A model generated the notes under the pieces. The model did no database searches and had not been told where the DNA came from. It saw nothing but the letters and a program-made list of their open reading frames with translations. Of a stretch of 64,000 nucleotides of DNA, positions 18,883 to 28,010 are shown one piece after another. Made by a program: the position numbers and the translations under genes. Position 1 is the stretch's first letter; every line of letters begins with the position of its first letter. Origin of the DNA: Planctomycetota bacterium (GTDB lineage: Bacteria > Planctomycetota > Planctomycetia > Pirellulales > Pirellulaceae); contig JAPLNM010000181.1 of the NCBI GenBank assembly GCA_026692845.1, forward strand, positions 5,945-69,944. The letters are read 5' to 3'.

Positions 18883-21651
18883 TCAAGCAAGAGGTTCTTG
18901 GGATCGACACCGAAGCTCATCAAGTTTCTTCGAAATGGATCCTTTGTGTTTGTCGTCTTTGCAGACATCAAGTGCTAGATTCAAATCCTCGACGGCCTTT
19001 TCGTCTCCTCGCTTACGACGAAGCTCGAATCGTTGTTCGTAAAGAGCTGCTCTGAAATTGGCGGCCTTCGGTTCTTCAATAGCCTCATCGATCAGCACTA
19101 TCGCACGATCGAACTCGCCCAGTTCGCCAATCGCTTTTGCAAGCCAATAACGATTCCAGGCATTGGGCTTGCGATCAACAAGCGGACTGAGCACGAGTTT
19201 TGCGTCTTCGTAGCGTCGCAATCGGAAATACGCATGCCCCATTTGTTGCACAACAAAATCGCTCTTGTTGCTCAATGAGTCAAAAAAGGCCAATGCAAGA
19301 ATGGCATACTCGTCGGTATTTTCGACTGTCTTCGCGTCGCTCGCTGAAAGATAGATATTTCCCCAGGCCTCTCGTTCCTTGTCGTCTCCAATTTCCTCTG
19401 GTCGTACGATACCCAACGATGACAACACTTCTAGGAACAGATTTTCGTCGTGATACCTCAACGCCCTTCCAATATTTGCGAACGACACGAATGCTTGATC
19501 GAAACCTCTAGCCGCAGACGCCATGATGAACTCTGCGACTAGTCCTCCATAGGTATTCAGCGCTTCCGGTAATGCATTTGGGATGCCTTTATTCAGTAAT
19601 CCCCATCCTAACGTTTCAATAGACGCCAATACGACAGAAATGGATGCATCGTCTGGATTCGTCCTCGCACTTTCTAGGATACTCAGCAGAAGTTTGCGTC
19701 CTCGCTCAACGTCTGAAACATCGCCGTACAAAAGCAAGCGCGCGAGAAGAAGATTTGTTGCTGGACTGTTGTATTCGCGTGCAACGTCTTCAGCGAGTTC
19801 TTTGGCGTCATCGAACCGTTTTAGGTTCCGAAGAGCCTTTGCTTTGTGATGGAGCACTGTTCGTCGACCAAAGCTAGATATGGTCTTCGTTTGTGCCACT
19901 CGTGAATACAAATGAATTCGTTGTTCCAGCGATTTCCGAGCGTCATCCTCACCCAGGTCCAATTTGTCTCGGCGGTACAAGCACTCCAGCAACTCGCAAA
20001 ACGCACTCACATCAATATCTTGATTGACAGCGCCAGTCTCTAGATCGGTTGAAAGTTCCTTTGGATCAGGCAAACTTGCAGGGATTATTTCTTCACTCGA
20101 CCATGCATGAGCAAGACAGTAAAGGCAAGAACTGCGTTTCGGATTCGCTGACAACAGCCGCTGCAGGTGAGACTTGTGTATTTGGCAGAAGTTGAGGAAA
20201 TTCAGGGCTTCTCCAGGAGAGAATGCAAGTTGTTGAACGTGTGTCTCTAGTTTCGTTGAAAACTCTGTCTCGTAACGGTGAATGGGAATACCCGTGGATT
20301 TGAGGGCAGCCCAAACAACTTCGTGTAGTCGAATTACATCGTGCCGATCAGCGGATAGTAAACAAGACCCTTCGAGTTTTCTTAGTCCAACCGGCGCGAT
20401 CACGCGTCTTGCGAATGCGCGGTCAACGCGTCCCGACCCTGACCACAGAAACATTGCGAGCTCTCGCTCAAGAGATTGTCGTATTCTGCCAAGAAGACGA
20501 TCGGTTAGGCGTTGCACCCTTTCTTCATCTTGATACTCTCCAATCGCATCGCAGTCGGCGTACAAGTCGTCCCAACTACTCTCTTTGACACCAGCATTCA
20601 TCAGTCGCAATGTCAGAACATGTCCCGCAGCTGTCGATCGCACTTTCTCGAGCACAAATGCAGGGCATTTAGAGCTAATACCCTCTTGTAGAATCTGAAG
20701 TGCGCTACCATCGTCTAAGTCAGGAATACGATAGTCACCTTCTTTCGCGATCTGGCGTGTGACTAGAATTGCAGATCTGTTGTTTGTTCGCGATTGCATC
20801 TGCGCCACAGTTTGTGGTATCCGCAGATCATCGAGCACGAGTAAGCAAGATCTCTCTTGAAGCAAGGTATCAATGTTCACTCGTCGTCCACGACGTTCAA
20901 CATCGAGGCCTTTGAGTTCGGCGAAGTCTCTAACTTCAGTTGCTACTACCCAAACTACAAGGTCAAACTCCTTGGCGAGTTCATTAGAAACGGCAACGGC
21001 CGTTTCAGTCTTGCCAGATCCGCTTACTCCGGCGATGGCTGCAATGCGGTCGCGGCGAATCCTGCTTGCGACCTCGTCAATCACATTGATTTGGCGGACA
21101 TAGTGATCGCTTTGGGACGGTACAAGATTTGTAACGGCGTATTCATCGCGAATACGCGCAAGAGGGCCTAGAATCGATGAAAGACAATCGGTCGCGTCAT
21201 CATTCAAAAGCAGATCGTCAACGATAAATTCAGCAATTCTTCGTGAATCATAGACTTCGACTGAGATACCTCTGCGGTTTGAAAGCCAGCCTCGGATATT
21301 CGTCAATCGCGTGCCTAGCTTTGGACCACAGTCTTGAGCGGATAGTAAGAAAATGCGATTTGCCTGTGGATGGTTCGAACGGACATGGCGATAATCGCCA
21401 CACAGCTTCTTGAACGGCTTTTCGAAGTAGTTCTTTTCCGCACTGTACTGAAAGGCAATCTCTCCGCTTGCCGAATAGCTATCAATCGTGTGGCCGACCG
21501 GGAGTCCGTTAGCGTTTAGCCCGCGGTGTGTAAGGTCTTCGGTAACCAAGTAATCCGCAATCTTCTGTCCAAATGATTCAAACAATGGACCAATGTCGGA
21601 TATCCCACGAATGAGTTCGTTGACGAGGTAGCGTCGATGTGAGGGGTTCAT
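18883..21651 (-). CDS. STAND-class (NB-ARC-like) NTPase with C-terminal TPR repeats and an unassigned about 190-aa N-terminal domain (Avs-like architecture)
   Basis: Walker A IAGVSGSGKTETA and Walker B SCLLVLDDLRIP. The C-terminal third has TPR-like repeats (YFRLRRYEDAKLVL..., YWLAKAIGELGEFDRAIVLIDEAI...). The gene is visibly AT-richer than the neighbouring operon. Confidence 0.8.
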   Translation of the reverse strand: MNPSHRRYLVNELIRGISDIGPLFESFGQKIADYLVTEDLTHRGLNANGLPVGHTIDSYSASGEIAFQYSAEKNYFEKPFKKLCGDYRHVRSNHPQANRIFLLSAQDCGPKLGTRLTNIRGWLSNRRGISVEVYDSRRIAEFIVDDLLLNDDATDCLSSILGPLARIRDEYAVTNLVPSQSDHYVRQINVIDEVASRIRRDRIAAIAGVSGSGKTETAVAVSNELAKEFDLVVWVVATEVRDFAELKGLDVERRGRRVNIDTLLQERSCLLVLDDLRIPQTVAQMQSRTNNRSAILVTRQIAKEGDYRIPDLDDGSALQILQEGISSKCPAFVLEKVRSTAAGHVLTLRLMNAGVKESSWDDLYADCDAIGEYQDEERVQRLTDRLLGRIRQSLERELAMFLWSGSGRVDRAFARRVIAPVGLRKLEGSCLLSADRHDVIRLHEVVWAALKSTGIPIHRYETEFSTKLETHVQQLAFSPGEALNFLNFCQIHKSHLQRLLSANPKRSSCLYCLAHAWSSEEIIPASLPDPKELSTDLETGAVNQDIDVSAFCELLECLYRRDKLDLGEDDARKSLEQRIHLYSRVAQTKTISSFGRRTVLHHKAKALRNLKRFDDAKELAEDVAREYNSPATNLLLARLLLYGDVSDVERGRKLLLSILESARTNPDDASISVVLASIETLGWGLLNKGIPNALPEALNTYGGLVAEFIMASAARGFDQAFVSFANIGRALRYHDENLFLEVLSSLGIVRPEEIGDDKEREAWGNIYLSASDAKTVENTDEYAILALAFFDSLSNKSDFVVQQMGHAYFRLRRYEDAKLVLSPLVDRKPNAWNRYWLAKAIGELGEFDRAIVLIDEAIEEPKAANFRAALYEQRFELRRKRGDEKAVEDLNLALDVCKDDKHKGSISKKLDELRCRSQEPLA

Positions 21652-21984
21652 TGTCGCATTCCAATCCAGTTATTTCAGTTCTGACGTCGCTTTGCCGCAG
21701 TACCGCTGCGATTCGCTCACCATCTCGCAGGCGTGACGCGGGTTCCTCCGCATCGCGCCTCCTGGGAGTTCAACCAAAATTGCCTCAGGGGATAAATTGA
21801 CATAACTCGTCCATCTTACGTGACTTGTAGCGTCGTGACTCACTTGGGGTGAGTCACGGTGTTTAGAGCCTTTCGATCGATTTGAGCCCTTCGGGACTAA
21901 AAATCGGCGCGAGGTGCGTCACGCGTCGAAGGTTGGACTGGAAGTCCAACACGCGAAAAAGTCCCATATATCGGCGTAGAAACG

Positions 21985-22019
21985 CAAAGACCCGCTGGGG
22001 TGAGCCAGCGGGTCTTTTG
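21985..22019 (-). terminator. stem-loop downstream of tmRNA (AAAGACCCGCTGG / CCAGCGGGTCTTT) with T-rich tracts on both sides
   Basis: Read from the sequence. A 13-bp stem with a 6-nt loop begins about 32 nt past the tmRNA 3' end, followed on the minus strand by TTGCGTTTCT. Confidence 0.5.
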
Positions 22020-22050
22020 TGTTGTGGTCACGTTGCGGTGACCAAGTTTA

Positions 22051-22382
22051 TGGAGGCGGCGGGAATTGAACCCGCGTCCCGTGATGCTTCCGATCCGGCC
22101 TCTACATGCTTAGCCAACTTTTATTTGTCTCGCCCACCGCGTTCGTCGTTGGCATCGGTGCGGTGCGCCAGCCTCGGCTTTTTTAACCATAACCGTGCGA
22201 GACACGGGTCATGGCGATTCGGAATTGCGACAGGCACTCCAGCGCCTCCGACGGGCCCCGGGTGCCTGGGAAGCCTAAACTAGGCCGCCAGTGCGAGAGT
22301 ATTCTCTGCAGTTACTTTTTTTGATCGAGTATGACATGCCACCAAAATCTTCAACTCATCCGGTCGATTCCAATTCGCCCCC
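22051..22382 (-). ncRNA. ssrA: tmRNA (SsrA)
   Basis: Minus-strand 5' end is GGGGGCGAATTGGAATCGACCGG. The 3' end is GCGGGTTCAATTCCCGCCGCCTCCA, a T-arm plus acceptor with the G3:U pair. The internal tag frame reads ...GCAGAGAATACTCTCGCACTGGCGGCCTAG, giving AENTLALAA and a stop. The CCA end is not encoded. Confidence 0.85.
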
Positions 22383-22467
22383 GATGAAGCGTCAGTGCGA
22401 ACACCGACGACCTTGAGTATTATCGGCACAGACTGCCCGATTGGATAGGCCCAGTGCCAAGAAAAAA

Positions 22468-22554
22468 GATCAGTCGGATCAGTCGGATCAGTCGGATCAG
22501 TCGGATCAGTCGGATCAGTCGGATCAGTCGGATCAGTCGGATCAGTCGGATCAG
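22468..22554. repeat. tandem repeat of the 9-bp unit GATCAGTCG, 9 full copies plus a partial copy
   Basis: Counted directly from the sequence. It lies in the divergent intergenic region between ssrA and nusA. Confidence 0.95.
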
Positions 22555-22687
22555 GAACTTGACACCGTAATGGTTTGCGAGTAGCCTTGCCCGCTTCACA
22601 AACTCCCAAGTTTCCCTGTCCCCGAAACCCAATCGGTGAGGCAGACTTCGGACGCCAAACCTCCACCATTAGCACGAAAAAAACAGC

Positions 22688-24076
22688 ATGAATCCCCAAG
22701 ATTTGCTCCGAATTGTCGATTCTTTGCATCGAGAAAAGCAAATCGACCCGGAATTGGTCATGCAGGCGATCGAAGCGGCATTGATCACGGCCGCCAAGCG
22801 ACAGTTTGGTGAAGAGGCCGAGGTCGACATCCACATCGTGCGCGGGGTCGGTGCGATCAATGCAACGGTCGACGGTAAGACGCTTAGCCAGGACGAAATC
22901 GGGCGTATCGGCGCTCAAACGGCCAAGCAGGTCATCATCCAGAAGCTTAAAGAGGCCGAGCGCGACGCTCGACTCGAAGAGTTCCACGAGCAGGTCGGAC
23001 AGCTCATCACCGGCATTGTCCAGCGGACCGAAAAAGGGCTTACCATTGTCCAGCTTGGGAACGTCGAAGCCATCTTGCCTAAAAGTGAGCAGATCCCTGG
23101 GGAAGCTTATCACAACGGGTCGCGTGTTCGGGCTGTCATTTACGAAGTCAAGGCGGCAGGAAACCGTGTGAAGATCATCCTTTCGAGAACCAAGGGGACA
23201 TTGGTCCAGCGGTTGTTCGAGCAAGAGGTTCCGGAGATTGCCGAAGGGGTCATTAAAATCAACGCCATCAGCCGCGAGCCCGGCTACCGCAGCAAGGTCG
23301 CCGTCAGCAGCACCGACCAACGCATCGATTGCGTTGGGGCTTGCGTGGGCATGCGGGGCAATCGGATCAAAAATGTGACAAGCGAGTTAGCCGGCGAACG
23401 GATCGACATTGTCCGCTGGAGCGACGATCCGATGGTCCTGATTCCTAACGCCTTGCAGCCAGCCCAAGTCGAGCAAGTCTTGTTGTGCGACATGATCGGA
23501 CGAGCCATTGCGCTAGTCAACGACGAGCACTTGTCCCAAGCCATCGGCAGGTTTGGACAGAACGTCCGATTGGCTAGCAAGCTTTGCGGTTGGGACATTG
23601 AGATCATGACCGCACCGGAGCTTGAGCGTCAAATCGAACGAGCGATGGAAGCGTTCATGCAGATTGACGGCATGACCGAGGAAGTCGCTCAGCAGCTTGT
23701 CGAGCAAGGTTACTTGTCGTTCGACGACCTTTCGGTCATCGAGCCGGAGGCCTTAATCGAGATGGGTGGTTACAGCGAGGACCAGGTCAATGCGATTGTC
23801 GAGCAGGCCGAGGATCGGGCTGCCGAGCAAGAAGCGGAAGAAGAGGCCCGCAAGCGGCAGGATAAGCTTGACAAAGAGCTTCGGGCGTCTGAGGAGCTCG
23901 ACAAGCTCGAAGCGGCTGGAAAACCGCAAGCCCCCGCAGTTGAGCAGCCTGAGGCGTCGGTTGAGCAGCCTGAGTCGCTTGCCCAGCAGCCTGAGTCGCC
24001 GGTGGAGAATACGGATTCGCTTGCCGAGCAACCTGAGGCAACCGAGCCACCCTCTGAGCCCAAAGTCGAAGGCTAA
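22688..24076 (+). CDS. nusA: transcription termination/antitermination factor NusA
   Basis: N-terminal domain, S1 and KH blocks: GQLITGIVQR, RVKIILSRT, REPGYRSKVAV, CVGMRGNRIKNV and ERIDIVRWSDDP. An acidic C-terminal tail is present. Confidence 0.95.
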   Translation: MNPQDLLRIVDSLHREKQIDPELVMQAIEAALITAAKRQFGEEAEVDIHIVRGVGAINATVDGKTLSQDEIGRIGAQTAKQVIIQKLKEAERDARLEEFHEQVGQLITGIVQRTEKGLTIVQLGNVEAILPKSEQIPGEAYHNGSRVRAVIYEVKAAGNRVKIILSRTKGTLVQRLFEQEVPEIAEGVIKINAISREPGYRSKVAVSSTDQRIDCVGACVGMRGNRIKNVTSELAGERIDIVRWSDDPMVLIPNALQPAQVEQVLLCDMIGRAIALVNDEHLSQAIGRFGQNVRLASKLCGWDIEIMTAPELERQIERAMEAFMQIDGMTEEVAQQLVEQGYLSFDDLSVIEPEALIEMGGYSEDQVNAIVEQAEDRAAEQEAEEEARKRQDKLDKELRASEELDKLEAAGKPQAPAVEQPEASVEQPESLAQQPESPVENTDSLAEQPEATEPPSEPKVEG

Positions 24077-24447
24077 TCGAAGGCTAACGGGCCGAAAGCA
24101 CCCGTTTTCCGTTCAGAAAAAAGTGATTTTAGGGGCTCTGATCCCTGACGGATCGGGGCTCTTACGTTAAACTAATTAACTTACCGTTTCGATGGATTGC
24201 ATATCGCGACCGCTTGGGCATCCCCTCTAAGACTAGGAGAGATGTTACCGAGAGGCAAATCTAGCTTGTGGAAGAATCGCAAAATGAGGAGTCACAAGAT
24301 GGGTCTGCTGGCAAAGCGAAGGGGCGTTCAATGAGATAATTCAACAGAACTAAAAGGCGAGCGAAGATATCCGAATCTGATGTCCGAATCCGATCTCTGA
24401 GTCTCGCCTGACAAATCGTGGGCCCAGGCCCCGGGGATTTTTGCTCA

Positions 24448-27400
24448 GTGGCAGTTCGAATTTATTCGCTTGCAAAAGATTTGGGTATCGACAGCAAAGA
24501 GCTAGTCGATTTGTGTGCTCGCATAGGAATCCAGGGCAAGGGAAGTGCGCTGGCGAGTCTCGAGAACGATGAGATTGCCAAGATTAAGAATCATCTCGCG
24601 GAGAAAGCTGCGCCATCCGCGGAGGTGGCCAAGGAGTCGCCGAAGTCTCAACGAGAGCCAGCCAAAGACGCACCGATTCGGGATTTAGGTAGGCCTGTTA
24701 CGGCCAAGCGGGAGATTGGCGCCATTCGTCGCCCTGCTGCCCTGGTTGATGAGTCCAGCGATGAGGGGCTCGAAGTGTCAGTCGGGTTGTCCACTGATGC
24801 TCCAGCGGGGGAACCTCAAAAGCTAGCAGCCGAACCGCCCATGGCGCAGGTAGAAGAGAATTCTGCTGTCGACTTTGGGGCGGACACAAAGTCACCCGAA
24901 TTGTCCGAAGAGGATAATGCAGTTGTTAAGTCCCCTGGGCTTCGCGTCGGAAGAGCACCGATTGCGGCTCAAGACGAGGGTTCGATTGGGGCTCTGAGCC
25001 CAGAGGTTCAGGATGACTCAGTTTTAGTAGTTGCCACGGGGGATATGCCTGCTGCGGCTCCCGTTGCGGCCAAAACTCGAGATTCGCGAGTGTCTGAGCC
25101 CAGCCGAGATTTTACCTCGATGAACGTACCGGGTAAGGTGCGAGTCATTGGACGGACCAAGCCGATTGATGGAGCCAAGCCGGTGGGAACCGGCGATGCG
25201 GTTAAAGGGGTTCGAAAGCCAAGAGAGCCTGTGATCAACCTTGCGAAGATTCCCAAGTCGGTGGCACCATCTCCGGCGGCGCGAGCCCAGGAGCCAATGA
25301 CTCTGAAGCCTTTGGTCAAGCTCACGCCCGAGGTTCTCAAGGGAGTTCAGCAGCAGCAACAGCAGAAGCAACCCGGAGTTCAAGACAAGGCTGGAGTCGG
25401 CGCCGCAGCGAAATCCGGAACGGGAACTGGCAGGGCAACGGCACCGAGTCAGACCCAGCACGCCGGACTGACCGAGTTCAAACAGGCCGCTGAGAACAAA
25501 CTCAATCAAAAGAGCCGCAAGCCGACGGCCGACGTCGAGGAACCAGCCCGCAAGAAGGGCTTGGCCAGTCTCGAGGCTAGTCGCGCCGAGCGAAGCAAGC
25601 TTCGGGTTCCGAACCGGATACAGACGACCAGGGACCTAGCGCGTGTCGAAGAAGAGGAAGATCGAAGGCTCGGCGGTCACCGCCACAGGAAAAAGCAGCA
25701 GTTGGACACCGGGCGCAAGGAAAAAGTCGAGCTTGCTTTGCCTTGTACCGTCCGAAGTTTCTCCGAGGCTGCAGGTGTCCCTGCCGCACGCGTCCTGCGA
25801 TCGCTCATGATGATGGGAGCGATGACCAACATCAACGCGACGTTGAACCAAGAACAAGCCGAAATGCTCGCCGTGGATTTAGGGGTAGACCTTGAGTTCA
25901 AGCAGGCCGAGACACTCGAGACGAGCGTGATCGCCAAGCTCGATGATTTTGTCGACATTCCAGAGGATCTTGTTCCGCGTCCACCGATCGTGACGTTCCT
26001 TGGGCACGTCGACCACGGCAAGACCTCGCTGTTGGACTACTTGATCGGTACGAAGATCGTCACAGGCGAAGCCGGTGGGATCACCCAGCATATTAGGGCT
26101 TACCAAGTCAAAAAGGATGGTCGGGCCGTATCGTTTGTCGATACTCCAGGTCACGAAGCCTTCACCGAGATGCGAGCTCGGGGAGCCAATGTCACCGACA
26201 TCGCGATCTTGGTCGTCGCAGCCGACGACGGCATCATGCCCCAGACCGAAGAAGCCATTTCGCACGCCAAGGCTGCCGGTGTACCGATCGTTGTGGCCGC
26301 CAACAAATGCGATTTGCCAGGGGCCGACATCAATCGCGTCATGACCCAGATGACCCAGCATGGGCTTACCCCCAGCGCTTGGGGTGGGGATGTCGAAGTC
26401 GTCCCGACAAGCGCCATTACCGGTGAGGGGATGGACGCTTTGCTCGAGACGGTCTTGACCGTCGCAGAACTCAACGACTACCGAGCCAACCCCAAACGAG
26501 CGGCGATGGGTGTTTGTTTGGAAAGCGAGCAGTCAGCCGATCGCGGTGTGATCGCCAAGGTCATGGTTCAAACAGGCACTTTGCGCGTCGGCGACATCGT
26601 CGTTTGCGGTACGACATTCGGGCGAGTCAAAGCGATTCACGATACGCTCAAGAGCACCAAGCAAATGACCGAGGCGGGACCATCGATGCCGGTCAATATC
26701 ACCGGCTTGGATCATCCACCCGAGGCAGGCGAGAAATTTTACGTCATCGATGAGATTGGCCAAGCACGCCAGTTGGCATCACGGCGCGAGCAAGATTCTC
26801 GGGCCACCTCGCTCTCGGGCAGTTCGCCTAAGGTCTCCTTTGAAACCTTCCAAGAACTGCTTCAGTCCGGCAAGCTTGGAGCCAAAGAAGATCGCGTGAT
26901 TTTGAACTTGATCATCCGAGCCGACGTTCGAGGGTCCCTCGAAGCGATCGAAAAAGAACTGAGCAAGCTCGATCACCCCGAGGTCGATATTCGGATTTTG
27001 CAACGGTCCGTCGGTGGGATTTCCGTCGCAGACGTCACGCTGGCCAGTGCCTCCCAAGGCGTCATCGTCGGCTTCAACGTCATCCCCGACGAATCGGCTC
27101 GAATTCTGGCCGATAGCAAGAACGTTGAGATTCGACGCTACGACATTATTTACAAGCTAGCCCAAGACATCCGCGCCTTGGTCGAAGGTCGATTGAAGCC
27201 AGAAGAGAAAGTCGTCGAACTCGGACGCGCCTTCGTCAAAGCGGTCTTTACCGTCTCTCGCGTCGGTACGATTGCTGGTTGTTTTGTGGCTCAAGGAACG
27301 ATTGAGCGGGGTTGTCGAATTCGGGTCCACCGCGAAGGACGCAAGATTGGCGATTATCAACTCGATACGCTGCGACGCGTCAAAGACGACGTCAAGGAAG

Positions 27401-27522
27401 TCAACCGCGGCATGGAATGCGGGATCAAACTCGCTGGCTTCAATGACGTTAAAGTCGACGATGTTCTCGAAGCCTACAAGATCGAGCAAGTGGCTAGAAC
27501 ACTGGAATCTTCGAAATCATGA
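24448..27522 (+). CDS. infB: translation initiation factor IF-2
   Basis: G domain VTFLGHVDHGKTSLLD, DTPGHEAF and NKCD. Start placed at the GTG giving VAVRIYSLAKDLGIDSKELV, the conserved IF-2 N-terminal subdomain. The track start at 24418 is an alternative. Confidence 0.93.
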   Translation: MAVRIYSLAKDLGIDSKELVDLCARIGIQGKGSALASLENDEIAKIKNHLAEKAAPSAEVAKESPKSQREPAKDAPIRDLGRPVTAKREIGAIRRPAALVDESSDEGLEVSVGLSTDAPAGEPQKLAAEPPMAQVEENSAVDFGADTKSPELSEEDNAVVKSPGLRVGRAPIAAQDEGSIGALSPEVQDDSVLVVATGDMPAAAPVAAKTRDSRVSEPSRDFTSMNVPGKVRVIGRTKPIDGAKPVGTGDAVKGVRKPREPVINLAKIPKSVAPSPAARAQEPMTLKPLVKLTPEVLKGVQQQQQQKQPGVQDKAGVGAAAKSGTGTGRATAPSQTQHAGLTEFKQAAENKLNQKSRKPTADVEEPARKKGLASLEASRAERSKLRVPNRIQTTRDLARVEEEEDRRLGGHRHRKKQQLDTGRKEKVELALPCTVRSFSEAAGVPAARVLRSLMMMGAMTNINATLNQEQAEMLAVDLGVDLEFKQAETLETSVIAKLDDFVDIPEDLVPRPPIVTFLGHVDHGKTSLLDYLIGTKIVTGEAGGITQHIRAYQVKKDGRAVSFVDTPGHEAFTEMRARGANVTDIAILVVAADDGIMPQTEEAISHAKAAGVPIVVAANKCDLPGADINRVMTQMTQHGLTPSAWGGDVEVVPTSAITGEGMDALLETVLTVAELNDYRANPKRAAMGVCLESEQSADRGVIAKVMVQTGTLRVGDIVVCGTTFGRVKAIHDTLKSTKQMTEAGPSMPVNITGLDHPPEAGEKFYVIDEIGQARQLASRREQDSRATSLSGSSPKVSFETFQELLQSGKLGAKEDRVILNLIIRADVRGSLEAIEKELSKLDHPEVDIRILQRSVGGISVADVTLASASQGVIVGFNVIPDESARILADSKNVEIRRYDIIYKLAQDIRALVEGRLKPEEKVVELGRAFVKAVFTVSRVGTIAGCFVAQGTIERGCRIRVHREGRKIGDYQLDTLRRVKDDVKEVNRGMECGIKLAGFNDVKVDDVLEAYKIEQVARTLESSKS

Positions 27523-27947
27523 GTACACGCAGGTTGCTCAAGGCCGCCGAAGCGATTCGCGGCGTCGTGTCGATGGCCATCCTTACTGAATTACGCGACC
27601 CCCGCGTTCAAAACGTCACTGTCGTAGGCGTGGAGGTCACCCCCGACATGCGCGAAGCAAAGGTGCTCGTGAGCGTCATGGGCAACGAGGCTCAGCAACG
27701 GACAGTCTTGAAGGGATTGCAAAACTCCGTCGGTTTTTTGCAATCCAAAATCGCAGATCGGATCGAGACGCGCTATATCCCCCGCTTGACATTCGTGATG
27801 GACGAGGGAGTGAAAAAATCGGTTGCTGTCCAACAGATCCTCGAACAGATCTCCAAAGAGCGCGAATCGAATCCGGCCAGCGATACAGTCGATACACAGG
27901 AGCAGTTCCATCAGGAAACTCCTAAGGACGTTGGCGGTAATCCGTAG
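27519..27947 (+). CDS. rbfA: ribosome-binding factor A
   Basis: RLLKAAEAIRGVVSMAIL..LRDPRV..VTVVGVEVTPDMREAKVLVS follows the RbfA pattern. A 4-nt overlap joins it to infB. Confidence 0.9.
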   Translation: MSTRRLLKAAEAIRGVVSMAILTELRDPRVQNVTVVGVEVTPDMREAKVLVSVMGNEAQQRTVLKGLQNSVGFLQSKIADRIETRYIPRLTFVMDEGVKKSVAVQQILEQISKERESNPASDTVDTQEQFHQETPKDVGGNP

Positions 27948-28010
27948 CGTCACCTAGACACAGCTTTGACGAACTTGAGCAAGAGCGATTGAAAGGAAAA
28001 GGAACGGTCG

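Noticed and set aside
21652-22050. An attachment-site repeat of the ssrA 3' end, or an integrase-proximal att core, between the STAND gene and tmRNA. Also ORF 21882-22283.
   Set aside because: I found only hairpins (21922-21955 and 21988-22015) and no second copy of the ssrA 3' segment in the window. The ORF overlaps the tmRNA and its terminator.
22468-22554. Possible CRISPR array.
   Set aside because: The 9-bp units are directly abutting with no spacers, and no cas genes are present. It is a simple tandem repeat.
22280-23320. A 346-aa minus-strand ORF containing a PTDPTDPTD repeat and ending in ...AENTLALAA.
   Set aside because: It is a chimera of antisense nusA, the non-coding 9-bp repeat and the tmRNA tag reading frame. 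The ALAA ending is the SsrA tag, not a protein C-terminus.
24077-24447. The unusually long (about 370 bp) nusA-infB spacer as a possible hidden ylxR/L7Ae-like gene or ncRNA.
   Set aside because: The track shows no ORF of 60 aa or more, and I saw no convincing small ORF. Only weak hairpins follow nusA, which is not enough evidence to call a feature.
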